Part shown: one piece after another, positions 44,901 through 57,772 of the stretch
How positions within the stretch are numbered: position 1 is the first letter of the stretch
Layout: each line of letters starts with the position of its first letter
Origin: Botryllus schlosseri
Lineage: Eukaryota
DNA length: 64,000 nucleotides
Assembly (NCBI GenBank): GCA_051294905.1
Contig: CM119375.1
Location: 6,820,001 to 6,884,000, forward strand
Reading direction: 5' to 3'
Program-made: the position numbers and the translations under genes
The notes under the pieces: generated by a model
What the model was told of the DNA's origin: nothing
The model's input: only the letters and a program-made list of their open reading frames with translations
Database searches by the model: none

Positions 44901-47900
44901 TACTGTTAGCTCTAAGGCGTCCCCACTGGATGGTTGAATCAATAAATATCAGGTTGTTTTGAATCTTACCTTTGATCCCTCGATTGGATACTCTGCATTG
45001 ATATACCGTTCGTTGAGGTATTTCGGCCGCTTTCTTTTGGCACTGCCCGAGAGCTTCGCAGTATTGGAGAAGTACTTCTCATCGTCTGGTATGATCGAAT
45101 TTTATTGTTAAGGTCTATCGTTAAGAATGGGGACTTGGGCGTAGCCAGGGGCGGAAGATATCTTTGTCCTGCGAAATTTGACATTTTTATTTCAAATTTT
45201 CGAAATTTAGTCATCGTTAAAAGCATTTCCCACTATCTGAATTTCCTATACTGCCTTTGCAAAATATTTATCCTGGCTACTCATAGAATTAGGGGTGTAA
45301 TATCTTACAATAATCGTCGTCCTCTGCGTTGCGCGTTTCGACCGCTGATCCCGCTGTTTCATCTGAAAAGGAAAAGACGATTTAGAACGCGATATAGCGT
45401 CTGTTTTAGAACAGCGTGACTAAATATGTCAATTAGTAAAGCGTATGAAATTTTACTACGCTTTATCAATGTGATTGTGAGATGGTGATACGTTAAGATC
45501 GCCGGTTCAACTCATCTTTAAAACCAGGCACTAGTGGTAACGATATCATTACATTATGCACATTATCAATCTGTCAATGTCAATATGTTCCTGTAATGTA
45601 ATATAATATTAGTTGTGATATTTGCGGTTCCGTTTAGCAACCCATTATTATTAATATCATTATGATGTCACAATATTGAGAATGCCATGTCAGTGATTTT
45701 GCACATTGCAATTGCAATTGTAAGAAGTAATACCCTTATAGAAAATTATTTTCATGTTAAGTACATTGAATGCCATACAGAGATATCTAGATATTCCTGA
45801 TGCCATACCTTGCATTTTGTTGTCTCTTTGTCGCCCGGAAGAAAAATCCAATGCTTGCTGTTGAGATTTCGCCTGTAAAAGAACACAAAACGTATTAGGA
45901 AAATTTAGCATTTCCATAGCAGTATACGGTAAACAGTAAACACAAAGTTGCGCTATTACCGCGGAATATGTGACGCATTATAGCTCAGGCCGAGGCTCCG
46001 CACGTAGGTGAATGCACTTGTAGCATATATATCAGAATGATTCGTCGCTGTGTTCTGGTCTTATTCATGGTACGGTACGACGTTATTTTGACACACCTGG
46101 TTTGAATTGAATCACGGGACAGTCCAGTCGCGTAACATGAGCCGGCATGCGCTTGGGTGCGGCTAAATTCTAATTTTCCAAGCTTAATTTGCTTAGACAG
46201 TGCTGAATAACATTACGCTCTCGTATTATCCTTTCATTTTCCATCGGATACGCGGGAAGCGTGGCCGCACCATTAGTGCAACAAGAGATGGGCAGTAATG
46301 AATTACTTCTACTTTTTTGGAGTACTCAAGTAGGTTTTGCCCACTTTAATGTACTCCCACTTCTATGTGAACAGGTTTTAGGAAAAACTCACTTTTTGAC
46401 AGTTTAGAATTCTTTTACAATTTTGAAAAGTATACAGTAGTTTTGGGGATATGTTTGGATCATTTTCATGAATGAAACTGTCACAGGAACCGCGTGAAAA
46501 TAGCCCCTGCAACTGTAACTGAATATATTTTCAAATATATACCACCTTTTTGTACTGTCATTAGTCATGTTGCATTAATGCTGCAACTTCTAAAACCACC
46601 ACGTCCGATCACCTGCTAATAGTATGCGACGACTCGGCCAAATCTACTCTTCAAACTATTTACTCCAGTACTTTTCAGATTTTTTACTTTAACTTTGCAG
46701 TAATTTTGATATCTATCTATCTCAAAAATCGCTATTTCTACTTGTAATTAAAAAGGAATTCACGGCGTCCCTTCAACTTCTACTTGGCGACCTCATCATA
46801 AGACTTACGTTCTCATATTGTTCCTCAACTCTCCACGGGATATTCTGAAAGCGCTGAAAGCGTGGCGGACTTAAAGAAATAATTACCACGCTCACCTGAA
46901 ATGTAGCGTTCACCGCCGCCTGCCTGAGATGATGTTGTTGCAGCACGCTGGAGAGCATGTTCGTGGGAATGAACGGCAAAGGAATTGTCGGTATCGACAT
47001 GGGCGACGAGGACGACGAACCGGGCCTGTCATTTTCGCGAAGGGCAAACGGGTTCTGGTGTAGCATCGGAGATTGCAGTTGCATCAAGGGGTGATTCGCG
47101 GGGAAGTCTTTATACCGCGGGATCTTCTGCGGGTTGGCGGACTTCCGTTTTCCGCTCGGGGTCATGGCGTTTGCGGTGAGCGCTTGAGCGAAAATGCTCG
47201 CCATAGTGGAAGAGCTTTTGAAGTTTCCGGCCACGGATCGTAAGTAGTTGTATTTGGAAGGGTCCATCGGCAACAGTCCTTGCGTGCTGGTCGCGCTGTG
47301 CGGCGTGTCTTCGATGTTGTCGTCGTTGCGGTATCCCGGGGAATGTCCGCCTGGTTCGGAAAGGCTCCTTTGCGTCTCGGAGGCGGTGTTGCCGCCCGGC
47401 GAATCATCTGCTGCTGAAATAGAGATATCTATGTGTCACAGCTGTTACTCAAGCAGAAATAAAGTCGTTCAAAATAGAGCCCGAGCGATAAGGGTTCGCC
47501 ATACATGCCATATCTTTTGAGTATTGAATATATCGGGGTTATTGGCGAAGGTGATATAGTCATCGGTATCGGCTCAAAAATCCGATAGTAGAAGACATAC
47601 ACTGTAAATACACGAGTGGAAAATAGTTATGTTCACTATTTCCACTACATCCTGTATACGGTGCTAAGCCGTCGACACTTTCTGGTACGATTTATTTTCT
47701 TTCGCACTAAATCCAATGGATGAAAACGATTCAAATATGTAAATTATTACGTCGATTTATCCCCGCATGATGGAGTGAGTTCTGCTTTCGTGTGTACCAC
47801 CCAGAGTAATCACAAAAACATGGCACATACTTCACCCTGCGAGATATCTCTTCATAAAGATTGGTGTAGGCTATATTTGACTCGTTTTCCTTCATTGGGA

Positions 47901-50900
47901 CGAGTGCGTGGAAGCAATGTTTAGATGTCCTGATTGGCACTCTATAATTTATGGTGTAATTTTGCTAAATACACCTGTTTTCCACCCATGTATCTATTCA
48001 CACTGTACAGCAGAGGTCTCAAACACGAGGCCCGCGAGTTCATTTTGTGCGGCCCGCGTCGGCATTTTGGATTTTGAAGTACTCGACAATATTTAACCGT
48101 ATATATCTTTTCTTCGATTTGAGAACTTCAAATTCGCTCTAAAACCTTTCCAAAAACCGAAAACTACTCATTAAACGTCACTATCGCCTCCCTCTCAAAA
48201 GTTAGCCTGCAGTGGAAGATCAGCTATTACGTCACATTACCTGTTTATGATGGTAAAACTTGACCTGCTGATGATTTGGGACTGAAATTAGATATTTGGA
48301 CTTGAGCATAACCTTTTCGAGCCAATTTGAACTCGGACTGAATTAGTGATAAAATAAAAAGTGACTCAAGTTGAGTCGGGTCAAACGTTACAATCAAATC
48401 AGGAATTGGTATACAACCAGTCTAGATATCGGGAGTATGCCGGAAACCCAGATTCGGCTATGCTGCTTCTATGTTCTGATATCAGATCAATCCTTGTTCA
48501 AATGTTCAATTATAAAATATTATACCGAGGCCTACAATTCTACCTAATATTGTGGCACGTCAAATGTCCGCTAGCTGCAAAATTATAACGCGACAGCTTT
48601 TACGATGTCGTCATGGATTTATACGATCACACGGTGTCTATAACTAATTATTTTTACACACAATGTAATGTATAACAACAACAATTTTACTGAAATATTT
48701 AAAAATGTAATTTTTCGTGCTGGGCGTGAATAGTAAATCAAATTTTCACGATGTGTATGAAATGTCAGTCCTCAACGTCCCGTTAAGAAGCGCCCATTCG
48801 CCAATACATTGAATACCGCTATTATTGGTGCTGCGGCCCGCGGCGCCATCAAAATCAAGGAAATTGGCCTGCGAACTCATTTGAGTTTGAGACCTCTGCT
48901 GTACTGTACAGTGTATTGAATATAGCTAGACACGCCTCAGACGCGTCTTTTACCAGGCAGCACCGGATCCTTCTTGTACGGACATTGGAACTCGTGCTCT
49001 TTCAGAGACTGTCGCGACTTGTAACTCCTTGCGCAATACACGCACCGGTAAGGACGCACGTCTGTCACGAAAAATACGCTATTAAGAATCGAAAAATCCC
49101 AGCGGAATTGCAAAATCGAGTGTTACCGGAATGGATGCGCATGTGGCCGTTAAGCGCGTCGCGGCGTCTACACCGGTAGGAGCAGATTGGGCACTGAAAA
49201 GGCTTCTCGTCGGAGTGGATCTTGTAATGGCGTCGCAAGTTGCCCTTCTGCGTGAATGCAACGCCGCAAATCGTGCACTTGAAAGGTCTCTCGCCTATAC
49301 ATCAAAATAAAGAGGTCAAATTCCGTCGCGCGCTGCGCTTCCGAAAGCAATAAAGTACCGGTATGCGAACGGATATGTACTTGATAGTGGCTCTGTCCCG
49401 CGCAAATCAGCCCACAGTCCTGGCAAGTGATCAGGTTCAGATTTCTCCCGGCGATGTTGCAGTTTCTATCGTCGCCGTCGGCGCAGTCGTCGGAGTGAGG
49501 GTAATGATTTGCTCCTGAATTCAAAGTGTAATGTAAAATATTATCTTGTAATTCAACGGTTTCCGCCAACGCGTAGGGTTAGAATCAGGTAAACGCCATA
49601 TTCAGATGCATAATGGTGCTTTCACGCCCATTCCCGAGAGTGAAAACGAGTCAAATACACCAATTCTTACGTTATGTTACCAACTGTTACATATCTAGAG
49701 GTGATTAATTAATACTTATCCTCGTGTACCAGCTATATGATTACTTTGACCACCTTTGGATACGGATAAAGTGGCTTCGGTTTTCGTGTAACACCCCAAG
49801 AAAGCGCAGCATAGATGGTACGCTCAAACAGAACATACTATACACGCCTGGGGTATATCTCCGCAAGTATTGGTGTATTTACCTCGCTTACGCTCATTGG
49901 AATAAGTTTGAAAGCAAGATTTGGTACCATAAAGTGTCGATGGCTTGATCCGCATCCTATGATAAAGCGGAAATCTGGTAAGTACACTGTAGTGGTAGCT
50001 CTATGGCGCCACTAGGGGGTAACGACATCGCAGGTGCATGGCAGACCGTCAGTCATGCTACTACATACACCTATTTCACACCAATGTATTTAGAATGTTC
50101 AGCGAAGCTCAAAGGCGCTCGATATCTAACGGAAGAACTGACTAATTCGTAAATCCATTAGTTCATGTTGCCGGGGAGATAGGAAGCTAGTTATAACAGT
50201 AAATTGATGCAGCCTATACATTAAATCCTCTGGGTTCAAGGTAGACGATTTGCAAACAAATCTCTACTAATTTTCGGCGGGGTGTAACCTACATAAATTA
50301 CGGAGGTCAATTTCTGATAAGGTAAAATCGCGACGTTAGCTTCTTACTGAGTCCTATTGGAAATTGTGTATTGTGCAATTGCTATTTACTGACTCAGCAG
50401 CAACATTATACACAGTTAGGGTAGGATTTGAGGCAGTGGTGCTAAAGCCATCTCGATATACACATGCTCAATTCTGCATTATAGCTTCAGTGATTCCGCC
50501 ACTCCTAATTTGTTACACTTCGAAGGAGGTGGAAATTGTTTATCTTTATTCGTCCGGAAATATGGAGCTCAAAGGGCAAATCGGCTGTATACAAAAGGCA
50601 TGCGATGTTGCGAAGTAATTCAGTCATGCGTGCCGTTGATATTTGAGGAATTTCGGGAACAGCAACGGAAATTTCTCAGAATATTCTCTCAGCGATATTA
50701 TGCGAATCAATCATTTCCTGACGTCACGTTCACACGTGCGACGTCACAATAACGGATAAAGAGTGTATTTTCACTGTCAATAGGACCGCATGGGATATAC
50801 AAAACACATATTCGCTTCAATCTCATACACACATTAGAGTACTGATATGGGCTTAGCACCGGAGTAGTAGTACTATGATCAAGATTATCGTAATGACATC

Positions 50901-53470
50901 GAAGTTACATGATGACATCACAACCGCTCTGCAGTCACAATGGGTATAGTCATCAGCAAATATTTACTGCCTGAATTTGACTGTAATTATATTACTCCCT
51001 ATACAACAAGCGATGCAAAGGGTTTCTTAACTGCACCGCTTCTGTGTTGCTTTTACGTTAAGACGTTTACCACAAGAAAAATAAGGCTGGTTAGTGGTTA
51101 TACTATGTCGTAAGCGAGAAAGACATCAGTTCATTGCCAAATATTACACTGCTGACGTTAGCAATAACTTTGCTAGCAGGGAATTGAATCATGCGCGTTG
51201 ATAACTTCAATAATCCGACTCGGTGAGTTGGATATGTTAAGTGAAGTACGTGGGGTTTCGGTACTGTTTCTAAACGGCTAGCTCGCATGCGTCACTGACG
51301 AAATGCAAACGTTCAAAACGAGATGACGCTAGTATTTTTGGAAATCGACTTCTGGTTTCGGGTATACCTGGGTGATTACTTGGGGCTTCGCTACCCTCTC
51401 GCGAAACCGGCCTAGTCGACATGGAATCACTTTTATTTTCCCTGAGTTCATCGCGAGCGCCAAGCAAAGGCGAAGTTGATATCCCTGAATCTGAGACACG
51501 ACCGTTGTTACAGGCTGCGCCCGCGTGGCTGTTAGCACACTGGCTCACCTGCCGAAGCGAACGAAGGACTCGATGCGGACTCGGATTTGACCGGAGACAT
51601 AATAGGCGAGCATTGATCTTCTTGCTGGTTTTGATAAGATGAGACTTTAACGTCGATGTTATCAATGTTGTCGAGCATGCGGGCTTTGGAAGAATCTGGA
51701 AAAAGTGATCACAACAGACTAATTTCCGACTGCAATGACAAGTTGTTATATCAGATTTATCCGTCACAGACGATTTTTAATCTATAGACGGCGTTGGTTA
51801 GTCTACGGCCCTGTACCATTCTCGGCTATAGTAGTTTGCCTAACTAATTACGGATTCCAAATTCAGTGACGCCATTAACATTGGGTCACATCGAAAATAT
51901 GTGATACAACCAGAGGTAATCACTACCGAAGTAATTTTAGTTTTTGGGATTACTCAAGAATGTTGTTGTATTACTTTCACTATAGTTACTCAGTTGGCTA
52001 TATATAGACTATTCCCAATTCTAGTTGATAGTTTTTGCTGGAAGTCTATACGTTAAATTTGTGAAGCAGAAAGTAATGCTTTTGGATAGGTTTCCATAAC
52101 TTTATCCAGAGAAACTCTTATAGCAACAAAGCGAAATTACTTCAGTGCAGTAGTGAATATACTTTAGAAAATTTCACCAATTCGAAGTGTCAATCATCAA
52201 TTTACGTTTGTCGTGGAGATGCATCTTGCAATCCGAAAGTATAGCCCATCTCTGATTTATTTATAAAAGTAAGTGATGACGCAACTTTTTAAAACAATTT
52301 ACTCTAGTACTTTCAGATCTTGCACTTTTTACTTCTACTTGAAATAGTTTTGGCATGTCTTGACTGCTTCTACTTGTAATTGAGTAGAAGTTTACGGCGC
52401 TAATTCTACTTGAGCGGCAATGCTGTCTATTTTGACCCCTTTGGAAACATCTCAATAAAACATTTTGGCAAGAATCTGACATCATTACCTCATACTGAAG
52501 TATCCATACGATGGTCCAGTCAACAAAACCACGATTTCCGGCTTGCAAAACACCACGGACAAATTAGTTTCGAATTAGGTAAACCGAAATATAATGTACT
52601 TGGACCAAATGAATGGCTGGGCCAAAAATGTTTACTTCTTTTTATGCGGTTGCGATGTTCCGTGAACTGTCAATGCGAATGTAGCGTTTGCATGCTTCAT
52701 ACACTTGGCTGAGAGTAAAGCAGGGACATTCTGGATATCTGGTTTTCCATCCAGATTCTCACTCAAGAAATCAAGTGTCGCAAACATGTTATTATAATGT
52801 ATATTTGGCATCACCTTTTAAGTCTTATGTGATGGTTGATTCTCGTTCTGGTACTTTCTCGTTTTGAACAACAACAGTATGTAATACTGGCGGATTTGAG
52901 TAAAACATAAATTAGCTCAATTTACATCGCAAGTCAGCTGCAAGTGCACCATAAAGACATTCAAGCCATAGTGCATCAGTTTGTCACAGTATCGATGAAC
53001 CATCGTGAATTATATTCATGCATTCATAGCCATAGACACTCCCTGCCTCTGCGGACAGAAATTTGCGTTGCAAATATCGGCCTCTCATTTCAAAGCACTC
53101 TTGTACTACCATGGTCATACGCTAATATTTTTGGTAGGTCTGGATAGAATTGTATATCGTCTGCGATCGTGTATATGCACTATGCAGTTACTGATCATTT
53201 TAATTTTACATAGAAGATATATCTGCGTGTGTTAGAATATGGTGGGACTCATAAATTATCAATAATAATACGATTGGTAAGTATACCTTCATTCTGTGAA
53301 CTTGTCGCCATCATGCTCTCTTCCGCCGAGTCAGGGGAGTCTGGATTTAAATGCGCCGACCGGTCGCCGTCTAATTCGGGCGAACGCTCCCGCTGCACGC
53401 CGCTCAATGAAGACTGAGACACCGGGTTTGGCAATAAAGCTGGCGTGACGCTCATGACCACTGAAGGCAT
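41999..53470 (-). CDS. IKZF1-like: Ikaros-family (IKZF1-4 pro-orthologue) C2H2 zinc-finger transcription factor, about 665 aa, 9 coding exons
   Basis: Exons (minus): 53287-53470, 51368-51490, 49359-49514 (ZF1 [22 protein letters not shown]), 49127-49294 (ZF2 [19 protein letters not shown]3 [17 protein letters not shown]), 48954-49061 (ZF4 [21 protein letters not shown]), 46896-47413 ([10 protein letters not shown] motif), 45809-45872, 44970-45085, 41999-42559 (ZF5-6 [33 protein letters not shown]...SHMTRCEH). Total 1998 nt with consistent phases. Zinc-finger exons are very secure; the first two exons and 44970-45085 are less so. Confidence 0.9.
43463..44038. mobile_element. hAT-type MITE with GACTCGAGTC arrays, in the last Ikaros intron; decayed relative at about 18990-19402
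   Basis: TIR CAGGGTTGTAA/TTACAACCCTG; flanks atcccatc/acccatca (TSD with one indel); dozens of GACTC/GAGTC units. Confidence 0.85.
44112..44632. mobile_element. Family D MITE (diverged)
   Basis: TAGGGGTGTTCAAAAATGAC ... TTTTTGACTACCGCTA; TSD ATGTGCAT/CTGTGCAG (6/8); same internal blocks as 7555-8072. Confidence 0.8.
48011..48898. mobile_element. hAT-type MITE (888 bp) with GGCCCGC subterminal motifs, ending 55 nt from the Ikaros ZF4 donor
   Basis: 14-bp perfect TIR CAGAGGTCTCAAAC/GTTTGAGACCTCTG; TSD CTGTACAG/CTGTACTG (7/8). Confidence 0.9.
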
Positions 53471-56400
53471 ATCACCATGGAGGAAATAAATCACCTAATT
53501 CCGTAGACCGCAGTAAATCTAGGCAACGCTAAAGAAGAACGTAAAATTAAAACCCGGTCACACCATCGTCGATGACAAACCGCCGATGATCGCTTGAAAA
53601 CCTAATCTGTTTCACGACCGCCAAGCTTGCTAAATACCGAATGAATTGCTGCAATCGTATGACAATCCGGAATTGCAAATATTTATGCGTGAAATACTGG
53701 CAAGGATGCGCCGTCCATTGAATGCATACGCCTATCAGGGAACCGATCATAATTACACCCGTCGCGCAATTAGTTATGTGGAAATTCTAGAATGCCCGGC
53801 TGCATTCCATTTTGACTATTTCACAACTGTTGGATGTTTGACGAATAGTTGCGGTGAACTCACACCTGTGGAGAAAATTGCTTCATTTTAGATAATCCGA
53901 AAATTTTATCCTAAGACTGACTTTCGCCGTTTTCTAATTACATCCTTCGCGCGCTCGATGGTGGTTAATGTCTAAACGTACTGTTACCTACTTGTACACA
54001 GTAACAAGAAGAACAATTTTGAAAGGAATTAATGCCGTGCGATTATGACGCTAAGTATCATGCCCCGGATTTAACCGTGCAGGTGACCTGCTAAACTTTG
54101 GTGCCGTGCGCGTACGAATCCTGCTACTAGCTATACGCTACGACTGTGTTTGGACTCTGTATTTGTCTATCAATGACTCTTCGCAGGCATGCAGTTGATT
54201 GTTCTAAACCCCGCCCTGTACAGGTTAGAAATCTCGAAAAACCCTCAAAGCGCCACTAGCGGTATTCCTTGCATTGCGACTGCATGCTGCAAAACTATGC
54301 CTATGTTTTGTTTCATGTACCGTAGGAATGCCAAATTTACCGCGGAAGCGGTCTTCCGGAACTCAGTCGGCCGTCGCTTTTTCATAGTTATTCAAGAGTA
54401 TATGTAAGGCTCCGTATAGTTGGTCTTTCGAAGGCCTGAGTCTCGTTGGTTTACGTTTGACTGTAGCCTGTAGGTTATAAGCGCAGCCGTACACCGTGAT
54501 CAGTCATTTCGATCGAATCCCGGCGGCGAAGCGTCTGGCAAAATGGCCGCTGCGGGAAATGTAGATTCCGCGTTGGCTTAGGTACAACTGTATGAGTATG
54601 ATAAAGATTGTTTCTGCACGACAATCACTACCGGAATTCCCGCGTTTATAGTAAGAACCTATTTCCCTGATACTGCGATTGTAACAAGGCATTATGATTA
54701 CCATTCCAAATACTGTCGTGATCAAATCGACACAATCTATCACGCTCGACATCGGAAACTAGGATGTGATACGCGACTGCGAAGAGAGATTTTACGAACG
54801 CCGATTTGAAATATATCATTTATGTTGGGAAACTGAGCTTCCTTCTCCCAATTGTCCGCATACAGCCCATTGCTGCACTGTCTTCACAAAGGCCTTCAAT
54901 CTATTTTCTGTCATTGGGATCGGTCGCCTGATATTTTCGGAATTTTCGCTCCGCGCGCCTGTGCATTGTTACGAATCGTCTGTTGCTATCCATGGAGTTG
55001 GTAAATTTCGACTGTAACTGTATCGGGGCTTTGAACTGAAAAGGCGTCTTCATAGAAAATCTATACCAACCGTTCTGTAGTCTAATCCTTGCACCGAAAT
55101 ATCCATGGCCGCGCGTATTATGAATAATAATAGGAAATGTTCCTACGCTCGGAATTGGGTTGAAATTACAAACCAGCCCTCGCGCAGTTCATTGAGAGGA
55201 TTTATAAGGAAATTGTTAATGATACACCAATAGCGTGAATGCAGCCATACTCCAGCGCGTTTATGTCATAATGGAAAGCTGCACTTCATACACGGTGTTC
55301 GTGAAGTTAACTACGTTATGTTACCGTGTGATTTATCCATGTTCAACGCACTACGGAATCTCAGTAGCGTAACTTAAACCGGGTGGGGAATACATCAGCC
55401 TTCGTCGGGCGCGTAAGAACTGCGCTAGACATCGTATATCACCAACGTCCCGAGATGTATTGAATACATGAATACAATCCGTATGGCCGCGATAAATAAT
55501 TAGTATTGAAAATGGAAATGGTGTTTGAAATGCTATAATATTATTGATCGCGTGTAATTCCATTCAAAATGCGATTTTGAATGGTATTGTTATCGAACGC
55601 GTCTTAATTACAGGATTCCAAAATGCGCCTGAAATACGATTGATGTCGATCGCCGATATCACGATTCCCTGTTTGTGCCATAGAACTCTGGAAAGAAATC
55701 CAATGTGCGCACATGACTGCACAAGTGCACATTTATAACTCTGATTAGATGTCACTCATAGCAATTCATATCCAGCCTGCATGATATCGTGCGCATATAC
55801 GCTGGATCGAACGGCATATAGACGAGAATAATTTACGCGAAATTGTATACAAAGTATACGCCGAGTGTGCAACCACTGACTAAGCAGTGTGAATCTCCAT
55901 CATAAATTATAAGAAACTTCGTTACAAGTGAGACTCGTGTTATAGAAATACTTGGCAAAATTAATAAGTCGTGTCCTGCACACGTGCGATTAAACGTAGA
56001 TTGCAGTTTTGCCGACAAAGTGAGATTCAGGTGGACACAATATATATTATGAACAGAAATTGTTGTGGAGGTTAACATACCTGCAAATGCGCGTTAATCC
56101 TACTATTCGGGAGTTAAATTGGTCCAAAACTTAACAAGCTCACGGAAGACTGTGCGCTATTATCACACACGAATTTCATGCGTCAAGGTAAACTGGAGTA
56201 TGTAAGACAGAGTCAATATGTTAATTTATATCCTCGAATGCGTTTCGCAGAAGATTTCAATATTCACAGACACATCAGCGTACGTAACATCGGTAATAGG
56301 TAAAGCAATAGACATTGTACCATTGTTTGAAAATCGGATCCGTCTTGAACCGGCTATTTCATATCTCATACCATGTAATCGATCAGTCGTGACACAATGC

Positions 56401-57340
56401 AGACCTTGACATTTCGCAGCTATCTTTCGACTGCACTATGTGTTGTAATGACTGTTTATCGGTCATGGCCATTTGATTACATGGATATTTTACAGCCACG
56501 CTAATGTTTTGTCACTAAAGGCTGCCGAGAAATTGCTTAACCTGATGACTTGGTTGGGAATGCAGAAAGGTGGTAAATCGCTCGGCACTGATATTCCACT
56601 TTTTGCATGTCTTATACAGCCCAACTGTGCGAACATGTCAATAACCTTTACTACTGCACTTCCAGAGTTTCCTGGGGGATATATGGAGAGGGATCACGAT
56701 GTAAATAAACGCATTCGTAGCGTAGATTACCTTCATTATATTCATTATAGGCAGACTGCATGTGGAAAAATTACGAGGGGGATTTTGACTATAAAGGCTG
56801 CCAGGCAGACGAGAGGCTATTGCCAGCAAAGGGGATGAGTAACGGAAGTATTCCCACTATTCCGCAGTACTCCAGTAGTTTTTTTTCCATTTACTATTAT
56901 TTCATGTTTCACTTTTGATTTTGTAAGAGTAGAAATTAGTCTTTGAACTGGTATTGAACACCTATATCAATGAAACTTTCATACCAACTGGCCGAATAAC
57001 CACTGTATCACGCTATATTGTCGTGAATTGCACCCATGTTTACAGTCCCATTCTTTATTCTGCTCTAACCGAGAAGATGCTTCTTGCAATTTGCAGCCCG
57101 TCTCCGATTGATCACTAAATGTATACGACGCTTGGACCAGATCTACTTTTAAAACTATTTTCCTGAGTTCTCTTCAATCCTTCATTTTCAAATTCGATAT
57201 GCAATAGCTTTAAGTAATCTTATAGTAATCTTATAAATAGTTACGTCTACTTGTGATGGAGTAGAAATTTCGGGCATCACCTCTACTCTATTTTGAGTAG
57301 CAATGCGTAGTATACTTTGACAATATCTGATAGCTACAGG

Positions 57341-57772
57341 TAGGGTTGCATTTAAAACAGAAATCAATTAAAAACAAACTTGTTTAAAACAAGGCCCTTG
57401 TTTAAAACATGCTTTTTATTGTTTTTTTTTAACCCATGGCGTCACGAATATTCAATTGTAACGTCACATTAGATTGACATTGACAATTGAAAATACAGGG
57501 TAAATATTGCTCCCTTGGCGAAATATCTACGTGCTATAGCTGTTGAACCGACTATTTTGAGGTTTCCAACCATTCACATATCGTATACGTCGGCTTTATA
57601 GGGTGGCAATAGTCCGTAGGCTTATACAACATGTTTTTTGGAAAGCATTTACACAATTATGGCATAATTTTACAACTTGAAAAAAATTTAAAAGACCTTT
57701 GTTTAAAGCACTGTTTAAAACATATTTTAAGCAAAGTGTTTTAAAATACCGTTTGTTTTAAATGCAACCCTA
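57341..57772. mobile_element. MITE with TTTAAAAC arrays
   Basis: 18-bp perfect TIR TAGGGTTGCATTTAAAAC/GTTTTAAATGCAACCCTA; TSD not evident. Confidence 0.8.

Noticed and set aside
44970-45168. Longer Ikaros exon using the acceptor at 45169 (ORF 44966-45226 frame)
   Set aside because: It ends in phase 2 while the last exon needs phase 0. The acceptor at 45086, with a CTTAAC branch-like site, gives a phase-consistent exon.
41999-49514. Assignment as Hunchback or Pegasus/IKZF5
   Set aside because: Four N-terminal fingers with QKGNL and RRDAL helices, a CCHC fourth finger and the KRKS..PQK motif are Ikaros/Helios/Aiolos/Eos features.
51270-51767. Whole 165-aa ORF as an Ikaros exon, or the acceptor at 51549
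   Set aside because: That acceptor is phase 0 and does not fit the upstream phase-1 donor. The 123-nt exon 51368-51490 fits and has a TGCTAAC branch site.
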